From the sequence record PZ445416.1: DNA of 50,192 nt. One strand, 5' to 3'. The first letter of the stretch is position 1, and each line of letters opens with the position of its first letter. The position numbers were made by a program, and so were the translations under genes. Shown one piece after another: positions 9,927 through 20,833 of the stretch. The DNA is from a phage. The notes beneath the pieces were generated by a model. It was not told the origin of the DNA and made no database searches. It saw nothing but the letters and a program-made list of their open reading frames with translations.

Positions 9927-10244
9927 ATGGCTAAATTCAATTTCGTGTTGGGCCAGCTTCCAGACTTCAAACTTCCGGTGACGTTCACCATGCCAAACGG
10001 CGAGGATGCGACTATTATTTTTACAGTGCGCCACCTTTCCAGTAAAGAAGTGCAAGATATGTATGCGAAGCAGGGCGAAATGAATGATAGCGATTTCATC
10101 ACTAAGATCGCGTCAGGCTGGAATCTGGAAGAAGAATTTAACGAAGAGAATGCGCGCAAACTGGTACAGTATTATCCTTCCGCAGCATACAATCTGACGG
10201 CAACTTACATCAAGGCGCTCGCCGGACACCGAGCAAAAAACTAA
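9927..10244 (+). CDS. tail assembly chaperone (G-like)
   Basis: 105 aa, acidic, immediately upstream of the tape measure; ends in slippery heptamer A_AAA_AAC. Confidence 0.7.
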   Translation: MAKFNFVLGQLPDFKLPVTFTMPNGEDATIIFTVRHLSSKEVQDMYAKQGEMNDSDFITKIASGWNLEEEFNEENARKLVQYYPSAAYNLTATYIKALAGHRAKN

Positions 10245-10561
10245 AAAGGGCGGTTTATCTGTTATATCAGAAACCGCCGACAGAAGAGCAATTGCGATCG
10301 GTTGGCCTCAGTCTTTCTGACTATGAAGACGAGGAACCGGAAACGATAATCGGCGATACTGAAATGGTGAAGGCGTGGAATGTTTTTACGTCAATGCTCA
10401 CTCAGTGGAGAAGTTCAGGCGCTGGAGCTTATGGCCTTGACTATAATGTTTTGCCTATGTTGTTCAAAATCTATAAAATAGAAGATGAAGAACTGGCATT
10501 GCAGGACGTTAGGATCATGGAAGCGAAAGCGCTTGAAATGATTGCTAAGCAAAACAACTAA
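9927..10561 (+). CDS. tail assembly chaperone, -1 frameshift fusion product (G-T-like)
   Basis: The -1 frame is open from the slippery site (10235-10241) through 10561; an 8-bp stem GGCGGTTT/AAACCGCC begins 7 nt downstream. Confidence 0.55.
10235..10278 (+). other. programmed -1 ribosomal frameshift site (slippery heptamer plus stem-loop)
   Basis: A_AAA_AAC at 10235-10241 in the zero frame; stem 10249-10256 pairs with 10271-10278 around a 14-nt loop. Confidence 0.6.
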
Positions 10562-10600
10562 GCCGCCGTTTGGCGGTTTTTTCGTATATAGGGGGGTTAT

Positions 10601-13474
10601 ATGGTTGATAAGGTAGCAGGTCTGTCGCTTGACGTTGATGTGTCAACAGTGCAGCGCGCCGTCAAGTCACTGAAAGAGTTTTCAAAGGCCAACGACCAGG
10701 CCGCTGATTCTATGGGTTCTTTAATCAATGAGTCAGAGGTTGCAAAACAGAAGGCCAAAGAACACGCTGAACAACTCAAGCGCCAGAGAAAAGAGTATGA
10801 GGCCGTGGAGAAGGCAATCGATCCTACAGTATCAAAAATGGAAAGGTTGAAGATTGCGTCTCAGCAGCTTGATAAACTCTGGCAGCAGGGAGTCGTTCCG
10901 GATGAGACATTTTTCCGTTTGGGTGAAATGCTGGATCTGCAAAACGCAAAACTTGCTCGCAGCCGGGCTATGCTTACGGAAGAAGGTCAGGCGGCATTGC
11001 AGGAAGCGAAAGCAAAAGAGCAGGCGGCAGCACGAAGCAAGGCGTTCATGGATGCCCTGAATGGTCAAGTTAATGCGATCGGCAAGACTCATGCTGAATT
11101 GATGGAACTGAAAGCGGCTGAGCTTGGTTTATCGAAAGAAGCAGCACCACTAATCGCAAAACTTAAAGATCAAGGCCGGGCTATGAATGCAGCAGGTATT
11201 AGCGCCGGGGAATACAGGCAAGCAATGCGAATGCTTCCTGCACAGATTACCGACGTTGTTACATCTCTTGCGTCAGGTATGCCAGTTTGGATGGTTGCCA
11301 TCCAGCAAGGCGGTCAAATCAAGGACTCGTTCGGCGGGATCGGGAATACGTTTAAGGTATTGCTCAGCTATATTAATCCGGTCACAGTTGGCGTTGGTGT
11401 TCTTGTCGGTTCTTTAGGTCTTCTTGCGAAAGCTGGTTATGACTCTTACAAGTCAATAACCGATATGCAGAATGCGCTTATTGAGACTGGCGGTTATGCA
11501 GGTGTTACGGCTGAAGATCTTGATTCAGTGTCTAAAAAGATCGCGCAGACAAGTAACTCAACCATTGGGAGTATTCGCGAGATTGTAACGGAGTTGGCAA
11601 GTTCTGGTAAGTACACCCGAGAGCAGATCCAGAACATCACTAAGGCTACCGCAGAGTGGTCAGCGTCAACAGGAAAATCAGCAAGTCAAATTATTGCTGA
11701 GTTCGACAAAATCGCAAGTGATCCGGTAAAAGGTCTGAAGAAGTTAAACGAGCAATATAATTTCCTTGAAAAAGGGCAGCTTACCTATATCGATACATTA
11801 AGCCGGACGAAAGGAGAAACTGAGGCTGTATCAGAGGCTACCAAACTATTCGCAGACGTAATGGAAAAGCGAATGAAGTCGATCGCGGATAACGCTACTC
11901 CTCTGGAAAAGATGTGGAGCGATATTAAACAATGGGCTTCGGACGCGTGGGGATGGGTTGGTGATCATACGCTTGGTGCGCTAAACCTGATTATCGACGT
12001 TGTTCAGGGTACAGTGATTCAGGTTAAAATGATTCTTGCGAAGGGTGATGAGTACATCTCAAATTTTATCGCCTCAGCCATAAAGGCAACTCAGTCACTG
12101 CCTGGAATGAGTGATTTCGGCGCTGATGTGCTGAAGGAGCAGGAGAACATTGTAAAAAGTTCTCGCGACAACTACGATCAGTTAGCTTCAGAGCTTGACG
12201 CTATTAACGCTCGCGTAGAAAAAGGCGAGATGGGATACGTTGAAGCGATGAAGCAGCGTCGCACTCTTGAAAAGCAGTACAGCGAGGAAACTAAGGAAGC
12301 AATAAGGAAAGAAGCAGAAGAGATCGAGAAGCGAAACCGAGAACGAAATAAGCAGTCGAAAATTGTGCGCTCACCGACAGAGCAATTCGACAAGGAGTTA
12401 ATTTCACTCAAGGCTCAACTTAAGGTATTGCAGGAGCACAAGGAGATCGGTCAAAAACTTTCCGCGCAGAGAAAAGCGCTGTTTACGACCGAGGCGACGA
12501 TTGCTGTTCTTCGTGAAGCCAGTTCCAAGCGTCAGTTGTCTGCGGAAGAAAAAGCATTGTTGGCAAGTCAGGAGAAGGTTGTAGAACTTGCTAAACAGAA
12601 GGCTGAGATTGGCGATCAGATTGTCAAGCAACAGCAGTTGAACGCACTTACCGACAAATCACTGAAGTTTGTCAATGAGATGACGGCGGCGACGGAACAG
12701 CTTAACGCTTCACGAGGTCTTAGTACTCGCGACATGGAACGACAAGCTGAACTAGCTAAAATCACCACTGATTACATCAACTCCGGCGGCGGTGAAGGAG
12801 ACGAAAAACTCCAGAACATGATTAAGGCGCAAAATGATTACTACGCTGCGGAAGATGCCAAGCGAGCTGACTGGTTGGCAGGTGCTGAAAGTGCTTTTGC
12901 TGATTACGGTGATGCAGCAATGGATATGTACGGCAATGTTAACGAGATCGCGTCAAGTGCCCTTAACGGAATGTCAGATATGATGGTTCAATTTCTGACC
13001 ACAGGAAAAGCGAACTTTGAGGACTTTGCGAAAAATATCATCGGCATGATTATAAAGATGATTGCTCAGATGGTAATCTTCAATACGATCTCAGGCATGA
13101 TGGGCGGTAAGACGTGGAGCTTTGCTGGAGGGGCGTCGTCTGGTGCTTCTGCGGCATCACAGGCAACCCCTACGCCTGCCGTCTCTGGTTTTAGGTCTTT
13201 ATCTTCAGGCGTCGCTGTTACCTCGCTTGCTGCCGCTGCGGGTAGTGTTGCAACATCTGGATTTAACGCATCTAAATCAGCACCGAAGGCAGCAAACCAA
13301 TCAGCAGGCGGGACGGTCGTTGATGTTAGGGGTATGGAGGTTAAGGTTGATAACGGTTCAGATCCGAGAGGAATTTCTCAGGGCGTAGAAATGATGTTCA
13401 AAAAAATGATTCGCGAGTCTTGTTCGCAGGGCGGTGAGGTTTATAATTACATTCAGGAAAAAACAGGAGGCTAA
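10601..13474 (+). CDS. tail tape measure protein
   Basis: 957 aa, long coiled-coil-rich middle, Gly/Ala/Ser-rich hydrophobic C-terminal segment, canonical position after the chaperones. Confidence 0.85.
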   Translation: MVDKVAGLSLDVDVSTVQRAVKSLKEFSKANDQAADSMGSLINESEVAKQKAKEHAEQLKRQRKEYEAVEKAIDPTVSKMERLKIASQQLDKLWQQGVVPDETFFRLGEMLDLQNAKLARSRAMLTEEGQAALQEAKAKEQAAARSKAFMDALNGQVNAIGKTHAELMELKAAELGLSKEAAPLIAKLKDQGRAMNAAGISAGEYRQAMRMLPAQITDVVTSLASGMPVWMVAIQQGGQIKDSFGGIGNTFKVLLSYINPVTVGVGVLVGSLGLLAKAGYDSYKSITDMQNALIETGGYAGVTAEDLDSVSKKIAQTSNSTIGSIREIVTELASSGKYTREQIQNITKATAEWSASTGKSASQIIAEFDKIASDPVKGLKKLNEQYNFLEKGQLTYIDTLSRTKGETEAVSEATKLFADVMEKRMKSIADNATPLEKMWSDIKQWASDAWGWVGDHTLGALNLIIDVVQGTVIQVKMILAKGDEYISNFIASAIKATQSLPGMSDFGADVLKEQENIVKSSRDNYDQLASELDAINARVEKGEMGYVEAMKQRRTLEKQYSEETKEAIRKEAEEIEKRNRERNKQSKIVRSPTEQFDKELISLKAQLKVLQEHKEIGQKLSAQRKALFTTEATIAVLREASSKRQLSAEEKALLASQEKVVELAKQKAEIGDQIVKQQQLNALTDKSLKFVNEMTAATEQLNASRGLSTRDMERQAELAKITTDYINSGGGEGDEKLQNMIKAQNDYYAAEDAKRADWLAGAESAFADYGDAAMDMYGNVNEIASSALNGMSDMMVQFLTTGKANFEDFAKNIIGMIIKMIAQMVIFNTISGMMGGKTWSFAGGASSGASAASQATPTPAVSGFRSLSSGVAVTSLAAAAGSVATSGFNASKSAPKAANQSAGGTVVDVRGMEVKVDNGSDPRGISQGVEMMFKKMIRESCSQGGEVYNYIQEKTGG

Positions 13475-13476
13475 TA

Positions 13477-13830
13477 ATGGCGACACTTGACACTTTCGGT
13501 TGGTGTACGCAGGTTCAAGGGGGCGGTGGCTCCCTTACCACTACCAATAATGACCGCTCCATCCAGTTTGGTAACGGATACATGCAGCTTGCGTCGTCTG
13601 GATTTAACACTACTCGACGCGAGTATTCAGTTGTCTATGCTGGGGAAGATTTCATGTCTGTTTACGACTTCTGTGACTCTCACCGCATTAAGCCGTTCGC
13701 ATGGACGCCGCCGGACGGTAAGGTCGGGGTATGGGTAGTAAAGCCTAACAGTTTGGGAGCGAAGCCAGTATCACGCGACGTGATGGAGATTAACGTCACG
13801 TTTATGGAACAGTTTACATCTATGGATTAA
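13477..13830 (+). CDS. minor tail protein (lambda M-like)
   Basis: 117 aa directly after the tape measure; RBS CAGGAGG. Confidence 0.55.
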   Translation: MATLDTFGWCTQVQGGGGSLTTTNNDRSIQFGNGYMQLASSGFNTTRREYSVVYAGEDFMSVYDFCDSHRIKPFAWTPPDGKVGVWVVKPNSLGAKPVSRDVMEINVTFMEQFTSMD

Positions 13831-13846
13831 CGCCACATAACAAAAA

Positions 13847-13868
13847 CCCGCCTTGCGCGGGTTTTTTT
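13847..13868 (+). terminator. rho-independent terminator
   Basis: CCCGCCTTGCGCGGG hairpin then TTTTTTT; identical hairpin recurs at 16026. Confidence 0.75.
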
Positions 13869-13909
13869 GTAGCTGTAGAATGGTTGCAGGTAAACAAGAG
13901 GAAAAATCA

Positions 13910-14692
13910 ATGAGCGAAAACAAAAAACTTTATGATGAAGAAAGCGGAAGAAGCCTGTTTCACAACTGCCTACAATCACTATATCCGGGAGAGATAATCA
14001 CTCTCATCGAAGTTGATGGTAGTAAGTTCGGCGCTCAGGTGTACCGATTCCACGGTGAGAATATCCAGTACACTCCAGAAGAAATCATGCAGGCCCAGCA
14101 AACTGGAACGCTACCGCCGAAGGAAATTACATTCCGTGGCGAGAAATACGGGGCGCGACCGTTCGGCATATCCGGGATCTCGTTTGACAGTTCAGGAAAG
14201 GCAACAAAACCACAATTAACGGTGGCAAACATTGATAGTCGCGTATCTGCGATGATCCGTGCATATAACGGACTAATGCAAGCTAAGGTGACTATCTGGA
14301 TAACTCAGCGTGAGCTTATTAACTCCGATGGCTCAATCGCTGATGGAGCTTACCGCAAACTGGTATACTATATCGAGCGTCCGAACTATGTTGATAAAAG
14401 CGTTGCGCGGTTCGATCTCACATCACCTTACGATATGGACGGCATCATGATTCCGTCTCGACTCACGCAAAGCGTATGCTATTGGGCGCAGCGTGGATGG
14501 TATAAAACCGGGAAGGGCTGCGGATACAACGGGCAAAATGGTTACTTCGATAAAGACAATAATCCTGTAGACGATCCGTCGCTGGATTTTTGCCCGGGAA
14601 CGGTAACGGCCTGCCGACTGCGGTTCGGCGCAAACAATGAATTGGATTTTGGCGGTTGCGCTGTCGCTTCACTACAGAGGAAAAATCAATGA
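13910..14692 (+). CDS. minor tail protein (lambda L-like)
   Basis: Start at MSENKK after AGAGGAAAAATCA; C-terminal Cys cluster (CGYNG, CPG, CRLRFG) as in L-like tail tip proteins. Confidence 0.6.
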   Translation: MSENKKLYDEESGRSLFHNCLQSLYPGEIITLIEVDGSKFGAQVYRFHGENIQYTPEEIMQAQQTGTLPPKEITFRGEKYGARPFGISGISFDSSGKATKPQLTVANIDSRVSAMIRAYNGLMQAKVTIWITQRELINSDGSIADGAYRKLVYYIERPNYVDKSVARFDLTSPYDMDGIMIPSRLTQSVCYWAQRGWYKTGKGCGYNGQNGYFDKDNNPVDDPSLDFCPGTVTACRLRFGANNELDFGGCAVASLQRKNQ

Positions 14693-15423
14693 TTAGTGCA
14701 AAAATTAAACTTGAAATTATGACTCACGCTCAGGAAGAATACCCCCGCGAATGCTGCGGGGTAGTCACCCAAAAGGGCCGCGTGCAAAAATACCATCGCA
14801 TTGATAATGTGCATCGTGATCCCGAGAATCATTTCATGATGGATGCTGTACAATACGCTTGCATTGAGGACGATGCGGAATCAACAACAATAGCAATTGT
14901 TCACAGCCACACAGGAGACGGGGCTACAACTCTACCAAGCGCTCACGATACGTGCATGTGCAACGAGATGGAAGTTACCTGGATTATTGTTAGTGTGCCG
15001 GAAGGGGATATGCGATTTGTGAAGCCGGAGAAATTGCCTCTGATTGGTCGTCCGTGGTCATTAGGTTCATTCGACTGTTACGGTCTTGTTATGGCGTGGC
15101 ACAAAGAGCACGGCGTAGAATTGCGCGATCGCCGATTGAATTTTGAATGGTGGAAACCTGAGTACGGAATTAATCTCTATCAGGATTATTACAAGCAGGA
15201 TGGCTTCGTTGAGATTCCAGATCAGAATAATCCGTCATTCGGTGATATGGTAATCATGCAGATAGGGCAAAACGTTCCGGTATGGAACCATGCAGGGATT
15301 TACCTGGGAGATAATCAGATCTTGCATCATGCCTTCGGCAAGCTATCTCGTCGTGATATTTATTCCGGATGGTATCAGGATCATACTGTTTTAATCGTTC
15401 GCCATAAGGATCTTAAATTATGA
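14689..15423 (+). CDS. tail tip assembly protein (lambda K-like: MPN/JAB plus NlpC/P60)
   Basis: JAMM-like HSHTGDGATTLPSAHD; cysteine-peptidase-like DCYGLV plus downstream His; ATGA overlap with upstream gene. Confidence 0.75.
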   Translation: MISAKIKLEIMTHAQEEYPRECCGVVTQKGRVQKYHRIDNVHRDPENHFMMDAVQYACIEDDAESTTIAIVHSHTGDGATTLPSAHDTCMCNEMEVTWIIVSVPEGDMRFVKPEKLPLIGRPWSLGSFDCYGLVMAWHKEHGVELRDRRLNFEWWKPEYGINLYQDYYKQDGFVEIPDQNNPSFGDMVIMQIGQNVPVWNHAGIYLGDNQILHHAFGKLSRRDIYSGWYQDHTVLIVRHKDLKL

Positions 15424-16019
15424 ATGATGTAAAAGTAATTAAATTGTCAGGTTCACTTGGGAGACGCTTCGGCGTCTTTCACCGTTACGCTGTTGACTCT
15501 TACCCGGAAGCCATACGGGCGCTATCCAGTCAGGTGGACGGATTTAAAGAGTACATGCAAAGCGAGGTAGGATCTCGTAGCAGGTTTGCAATATTTGTGG
15601 ATGGCGTTAACGTGGGACACCATGAAGAGGAAAAATTCAAGTGCGCGAAAGAGATAAGAATCGTACCGATCCCTACTGGCTCTAAGACAGGAGGTCTATT
15701 TCAGGTTGTATTGGGCGCGGCAATAATGGTTGCAGCATTCTATACTGGCGGCGCGTCTCTGGCTTTAATGGGCACAATGTCCTCGTCTCTGTTTATGATG
15801 GGTGGCGCTATGGTGCTGGGCGGCGTGATGCAGATGATTTCACCGCAGCCGGGTGGCGCAAACTTTGAAGTTCAATCAAGCAAGAATAAACCTTCGTACG
15901 CGTTCGGCGGTGCTGTCAATACGACGGCGGCGGGATACCCTCTCCCGGTCCCGTATGGATATCGCGCCGGAGGTGGCGCAACTTTCTCAGCAGGTTCTTA
16001 TGCCGAGGATATGAGTTAA
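15420..16019 (+). CDS. tail assembly protein (lambda I-like)
   Basis: 199 aa with Gly/Ala/Met-rich hydrophobic C-terminal half; position between K-like and J-like genes. Confidence 0.6.
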   Translation: MNDVKVIKLSGSLGRRFGVFHRYAVDSYPEAIRALSSQVDGFKEYMQSEVGSRSRFAIFVDGVNVGHHEEEKFKCAKEIRIVPIPTGSKTGGLFQVVLGAAIMVAAFYTGGASLALMGTMSSSLFMMGGAMVLGGVMQMISPQPGGANFEVQSSKNKPSYAFGGAVNTTAAGYPLPVPYGYRAGGGATFSAGSYAEDMS

Positions 16020-16025
16020 AATTAA

Positions 16026-16048
16026 CCCGCCTTGCGCGGGTTTTTTTT
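16026..16048 (+). terminator. rho-independent terminator
   Basis: CCCGCCTTGCGCGGG hairpin then TTTTTTTT, followed by TATAAT at 16054-16059 ahead of the J-like gene. Confidence 0.75.
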
Positions 16049-16096
16049 CGCCTGTATAATGAGTCCACCGATAAATAGCACAAAAAGGTAAACATC

Positions 16097-19000
16097 ATGA
16101 TTCAAAAAGTGATAAGTGGATCTAAGGGTGGGTCACAGAAGCCTCATAACCCAGTTGAGATGGAAGACAATCTAATCTCAATCAACAAAATCAAAATCCT
16201 GTTAGCTGTATCTGATGGTGAAATTGACGAAACATTCAGCCTAAAGCAGTTGATGTTTAACTCAGTTCCGGTGCAAAACGAGGATGGATCGTTCAACTTC
16301 GAAGGGGTAAAGGCTGAGTTCAGGCCGGGAACTCAGACGCAGGAATACATAAAGGGCATGGAAGATAGCTCCAGCGAGGTAACTGTAAATCGTGAGGTTA
16401 CTACCGATAACCCATACACGATCTCAGTAACCAACAAAACGCTGTCGGCAATCCGTATCAAAATGTTCATGCCTCGCGGCGTACGAATTGAAAGTAACGG
16501 CGATAAAAACGGCGTTCGCGTTGAGTACGAGGTGCAGCAAGCGGTTGATGGCGGTTCGTTTGAGACTGTTCTTACTGATGTAATCGAAGGCAAAACAATG
16601 TCGGGTTATGATCGAAGCCGTCGCGTAAACCTGCCTAACTTCAACAATCAGGTAATATTCAGAGTTGTTCGAAAGACTCCTGATTCCAATGACTCGAATG
16701 TCGTTGATGCAATCCAGGTAAGAAGCTATGCAGAGGTCATTGATGCCAAATTCCGATATCCTCTGACTGGTCTTCTTTTCGTAGAGTTCGATTCGAAGAT
16801 GTTCCCCAACCAGTTACCTACGATCTCAATTCGTAAGCGCTGGAAGATTGTAAACGTTCCGTCTAACTACGACCCAGAATCGCGAACATACAACGGCAAT
16901 TGGGATGGCACTTTCAAAAAAGCATGGACGAATAATCCGGCGTGGGTTCTTTATGACCTGATGATTAATCAGCGTTACGGCCTGGATCAGAAAGAGCTTG
17001 GTATCGCTGTCGATAAATGGGCGCTCTACGAGGCTGCGCAATATTGCGATCAGATGGTTCCTGATGGGAAGGGCGGGACGGAACCTCGATACCTTTGCGA
17101 CGTGATAATCCAGTCCCAGACTGACGCTTACAAGGTTATTCGAGATATTTGCTCAATCTTTCGAGGTATGAGCTTTTGGAATGGCGAAAGCATTTCGGTA
17201 ATCATCGACAGGCCGCGTGAACCTGCGTACATCTTCACTAACGACAACGTTGTTAATGGTGACTTCTCCTACACGTTCGCAAGCGAAAAGAGCATGTACA
17301 CGACGTGTAATGTGATGTTTGATGATGAACAAAACATGTATCAACAGGACGTTGAGCCAGTATTCGATCGTGAGGCTACTCTACGCTTCGGGAACAACGT
17401 AACGAGCATTACAGCGATCGGGTGCACTCGACGCAGCGAGGCTAACCGACGTGGGCGATGGATTCTGAAAACGAACCTACGCAGCACTACGGTAAACTTC
17501 GCTACTGGACTGGAAGGGATGATTCCGACAATCGGAGACGTGGTGGCAATATCTGATAACTTCTGGTCAAGTAACTTGACGATGAACCTGTCAGGGCGAT
17601 TGCTCGAAGTGTCAGGTAGTCAGATTTTCCTGCCGTTCCGCGTTGATGCGCGCGCAGGTGACTTTATTATCGTAAATAAGCCAGATGGCAAGCCCGTGAA
17701 GCGCACAATCTCAAGTGTTAGTGCGGATGGTAAGACCATAGAGATTAACATCGGCTTTGGCTTTCCTGTGAAGCCTAACACGGTATTCGCAATCGACCGT
17801 ACTGACATTGCGTTGCAGCAGTACGTCGTGACAAAAATCGACAAGGGCGATGATGATGAGGAATTTACCTACAAAATCACGGCGGTGGAGTACGATCCTA
17901 ACAAGTACGATGAAATTGATTACGGGGTTAACATCGACGACCGACCGACGAGCATCGTTGAGCCAGATCAGATCCCTAAGCCGAAAAACGTGAAAGTGTC
18001 CTCAGAGTCGAGAATCGTCCAGGGGATGAGCGTAGAAACGATGATTGTTAGCTGGGATAAAGTGCCGTACGCAGTTTTCTATGACGTACAGTGGCGAAAG
18101 GATAACGGCAACTGGCAAAACGTTCCGCAGACAGCAAACAAAGAGGTTTATGTTGAAGGGATTTACGCTGGCAACTATCAGGTTCGCGTTCGCTCCGTCG
18201 CTGGTTCGGGTACGACTTCAGGCTGGTCAAATATCGTCGCGGCAACATTGACGGGTAAACAGGGTGAGCCTGGCCGACCGATTAACCTTACAGCTACGGA
18301 TGATGTTGTTTTTGGCATCCGTACAAAATGGGGGTTCTCTGATGGTTCTGGAGATACGGCCTATACGGAGTTGCAACAGTCACCGGATGGAACAGTGGAT
18401 AACGCAAGTTTGCTTTCATTGATTCCGTATCCGCAGCATGAGTATTATCACTCACCGATGCCGGGAGGGAATATTGTGTGGTATCGGGTAAGGACAGTTG
18501 ACAGGATCGGTAACGTGTCTCAGTGGACTGATTTTGTCAGGGGCATGGCATCAACAAACGTTGACGATATCATCGGAGAGATTTCTGTCGATATCGAAAA
18601 CTCGCCGGGTTACGAGTGGCTTGTTGATAACGCAACCGACAACGCGTCGCAGAACGCAGCGAACGCAGAGGCAGCAATTGAGAACGCGCTGGCTAATGAC
18701 AAAGACGCGATCTACATGAAGAAGGAGAACGGAAAGCGAAAAGCGGAGTACACCAAATCACTGAAGCTAATTGCTGATGAGACTGAGGCGCGAGTAACGG
18801 CGGTTGAGCAATTGAGGGCGAGCTTTGGCGATCAGATTAGCGCAAGCAATAGTGAATTGCGTGAAGTTATCGCAACTGAGACAGGGGCGCTATCTCGTGA
18901 GATTGACCAACTCAAGGCAGAGATTGGTGATGATATTCAGGCAAGTTTGACCGATATCCGTGAAGCCATCGCGAACGAGACTGAGGCGAGAACGCAAGCT

Positions 19001-19516
19001 GACTTAACGTTAAGCGCGCGACTTGGGAATAACGAGGCAGCACTTTCTCAAAAACTTGACTCGTGGAGTAACGCCGATTCGACTGGTGCAATGTACGGCG
19101 TCAAGCTGGGTCTGAAATACAACGGCCAGGAATACAGCGCAGGAATGGCTATGTCTCTGATTGGTTCCGGGGCTGCGGTTAAAGCGCAAATTCTATTCGA
19201 AGCGTCACGATTTGCAATCATGACTGGAATGAACGGTCAGACTCAGTATCCTTTCGTTGTTGAAGGTAATCAGGTGATTCTTAATAGTGCCATCATTAAG
19301 AACGGATTCATCACGAATGCGATGATTGGTAATGTTATTCAATCGAATAACTATGTCGTTAACAAGGCTGGCTGGAGACTTGACAAGGGAGGTACATTTG
19401 AAAACTACGGAAGTGATGGTGAGGGTGCAATGAAGCAAACTAATACCACAATATCTGTTAGGGATGCGAGTGGTCGCCTGAGGGTTCAGATTGGCAGGTT
19501 GACTGGCTCATGGTAA
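16097..19516 (+). CDS. tail tip / host-specificity protein (lambda J-like)
   Basis: 1139 aa, largest tail-tip ORF, with central fibronectin-III-like repeats and a C-terminal receptor-binding region; followed by terminator. Confidence 0.8.
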   Translation: MIQKVISGSKGGSQKPHNPVEMEDNLISINKIKILLAVSDGEIDETFSLKQLMFNSVPVQNEDGSFNFEGVKAEFRPGTQTQEYIKGMEDSSSEVTVNREVTTDNPYTISVTNKTLSAIRIKMFMPRGVRIESNGDKNGVRVEYEVQQAVDGGSFETVLTDVIEGKTMSGYDRSRRVNLPNFNNQVIFRVVRKTPDSNDSNVVDAIQVRSYAEVIDAKFRYPLTGLLFVEFDSKMFPNQLPTISIRKRWKIVNVPSNYDPESRTYNGNWDGTFKKAWTNNPAWVLYDLMINQRYGLDQKELGIAVDKWALYEAAQYCDQMVPDGKGGTEPRYLCDVIIQSQTDAYKVIRDICSIFRGMSFWNGESISVIIDRPREPAYIFTNDNVVNGDFSYTFASEKSMYTTCNVMFDDEQNMYQQDVEPVFDREATLRFGNNVTSITAIGCTRRSEANRRGRWILKTNLRSTTVNFATGLEGMIPTIGDVVAISDNFWSSNLTMNLSGRLLEVSGSQIFLPFRVDARAGDFIIVNKPDGKPVKRTISSVSADGKTIEINIGFGFPVKPNTVFAIDRTDIALQQYVVTKIDKGDDDEEFTYKITAVEYDPNKYDEIDYGVNIDDRPTSIVEPDQIPKPKNVKVSSESRIVQGMSVETMIVSWDKVPYAVFYDVQWRKDNGNWQNVPQTANKEVYVEGIYAGNYQVRVRSVAGSGTTSGWSNIVAATLTGKQGEPGRPINLTATDDVVFGIRTKWGFSDGSGDTAYTELQQSPDGTVDNASLLSLIPYPQHEYYHSPMPGGNIVWYRVRTVDRIGNVSQWTDFVRGMASTNVDDIIGEISVDIENSPGYEWLVDNATDNASQNAANAEAAIENALANDKDAIYMKKENGKRKAEYTKSLKLIADETEARVTAVEQLRASFGDQISASNSELREVIATETGALSREIDQLKAEIGDDIQASLTDIREAIANETEARTQADLTLSARLGNNEAALSQKLDSWSNADSTGAMYGVKLGLKYNGQEYSAGMAMSLIGSGAAVKAQILFEASRFAIMTGMNGQTQYPFVVEGNQVILNSAIIKNGFITNAMIGNVIQSNNYVVNKAGWRLDKGGTFENYGSDGEGAMKQTNTTISVRDASGRLRVQIGRLTGSW

Positions 19517-19522
19517 TATCAA

Positions 19523-19549
19523 GGGCATCGAGAGATGCCCTTTTCTTTT
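19523..19549 (+). terminator. rho-independent terminator after J-like gene
   Basis: GGGCAT, loop CGAGAG, ATGCCC, then TTTTCTTTT. Confidence 0.65.
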
Positions 19550-19561
19550 GGAGGATTTATT

Positions 19562-19867
19562 ATGGCGTACGGTATATCAACTTGGGACACAAATGGCGTT
19601 TATAATAACTATGGAATTAAGCCCGTCACGGTTGTTGGTTGGAACTTTTTGTCAGCAGGCCAGAATTCAGCATCGTTCAGCTATCAAGTGCCACCTGGTA
19701 TGCATGTGAACTACGTTATAAGCCTTGACGACGGCGCCATTAGTGGGCCTGGCAGGAAAATTATTGCTAGCGGTAATACGATAACAGTAACGCCAGCAAA
19801 CTCACCTGGGCCAAACGTGTACCCATCATCAAACTGTTACTTAATAGCATATCTGGAGAATGATTAA
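19562..19867 (+). CDS. hypothetical tail-associated protein
   Basis: Start at MAYGIST after GGAGGA; beta-rich; downstream of J. Confidence 0.45.
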   Translation: MAYGISTWDTNGVYNNYGIKPVTVVGWNFLSAGQNSASFSYQVPPGMHVNYVISLDDGAISGPGRKIIASGNTITVTPANSPGPNVYPSSNCYLIAYLEND

Positions 19868-20556
19868 TGTCATACGGTGCTTTTATAGATGTAAACGGAA
19901 ACCCATTCATAACCCCGCTATCCACGCCATTCGCTTTATATGCGAGAGGGGAAATTAAATCAGTAAATGTTAGTGGTTCACAGGTTGCGGAGAGATATGT
20001 TCGGATACCTACAGGTGTTCCGGTTATAGCTTTTTGCAAAACAACAAACACGCAGCAGGGGACCGCGCTTTCAGCCTTTACTTTCAGAAGCGGACCCAAT
20101 GTTGGAACTGTTTATATAAGGGGGACAAATCCAGCAAACCAATCATACACACTAACATATTACATATTTGCCATATTTGAGCAGTCACTACCGAGCTGGG
20201 GTATGGCGATATGGGATGCGTCAGGAAAGCTAGTGCTGACAAATGAGACAAAAGTCCTTAGTGATTTGGTTACAATCGGCACTCCTGGATACGCTGGCGG
20301 CGGATTAAACATAGACACAACACTCAGCGGAAGCTACGCAGTTGTTCCAACTATACTTGGCAACTATCAAATTGTTATTGGCAGGCTGCCAACTGGGCAA
20401 CCCATAATAGGAAACTCAACAGCAGGCAGTTCATGCAGGTACAATGGGAGCACAACGAGAATAAATGCAGCAGCAACCACTGCAGCGGGTCAGATAATGA
20501 ACACCACAAATAATGGAAATATTATAACAGCAATCAAAACGGCAGCGTACGACTAA
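19867..20556 (+). CDS. hypothetical tail-associated protein
   Basis: 229 aa, Gly/Thr/Asn-rich, start overlaps upstream stop; last gene of the late block before a bidirectional terminator. Confidence 0.45.
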   Translation: MSYGAFIDVNGNPFITPLSTPFALYARGEIKSVNVSGSQVAERYVRIPTGVPVIAFCKTTNTQQGTALSAFTFRSGPNVGTVYIRGTNPANQSYTLTYYIFAIFEQSLPSWGMAIWDASGKLVLTNETKVLSDLVTIGTPGYAGGGLNIDTTLSGSYAVVPTILGNYQIVIGRLPTGQPIIGNSTAGSSCRYNGSTTRINAAATTAAGQIMNTTNNGNIITAIKTAAYD

Positions 20557-20579
20557 GCCCCTTGCGGGGCTTTTCTTTT
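20557..20579. terminator. bidirectional terminator between late block and cor
   Basis: GCCCCTTGCGGGGC hairpin flanked by T-tract downstream; lies between convergent genes. Confidence 0.7.
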
Positions 20580-20805
20580 ATATCGAGCAATCGTGAGATT
20601 TGAAGTTTTTCTCTGATACATAGTTGAAGGAGAATGGGTATCCAGCACGCAATACCATCTCCTTTCCGCGCATCTTAGAGCCAAAAACGTAAACCGAGTA
20701 CTCCGCGCCACCTGATTCATAAATTGCCGTGCAAGTACGCTCAGGCATCGATGAGCAACCAGTCAGGATGAATGCCGAAGCGATAATGGTGATTAACTTT
20801 TTCAT
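20578..20805 (-). CDS. cor: Cor-like superinfection-exclusion lipoprotein
   Basis: 75 aa with lipoprotein signal MKKLITIIASAFILTGC; own near-consensus promoter; position after tail genes as in T1/phi80-type phages. Confidence 0.6.
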   Translation of the reverse strand: MKKLITIIASAFILTGCSSMPERTCTAIYESGGAEYSVYVFGSKMRGKEMVLRAGYPFSFNYVSEKNFKSHDCSI

Positions 20806-20833
20806 TTGTATGTCCTCGTCGTTAGTGTGATTG

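Noticed and set aside
10832-13388. Antisense and alternative-frame ORFs inside the tape measure gene (10832-11092, 10854-11060, 11187-11417, 12178-12411, 12404-12631, 13122-13388)
   Set aside because: Fully embedded in a long, well-supported gene, with low-complexity translations and no RBS; typical spurious ORFs.
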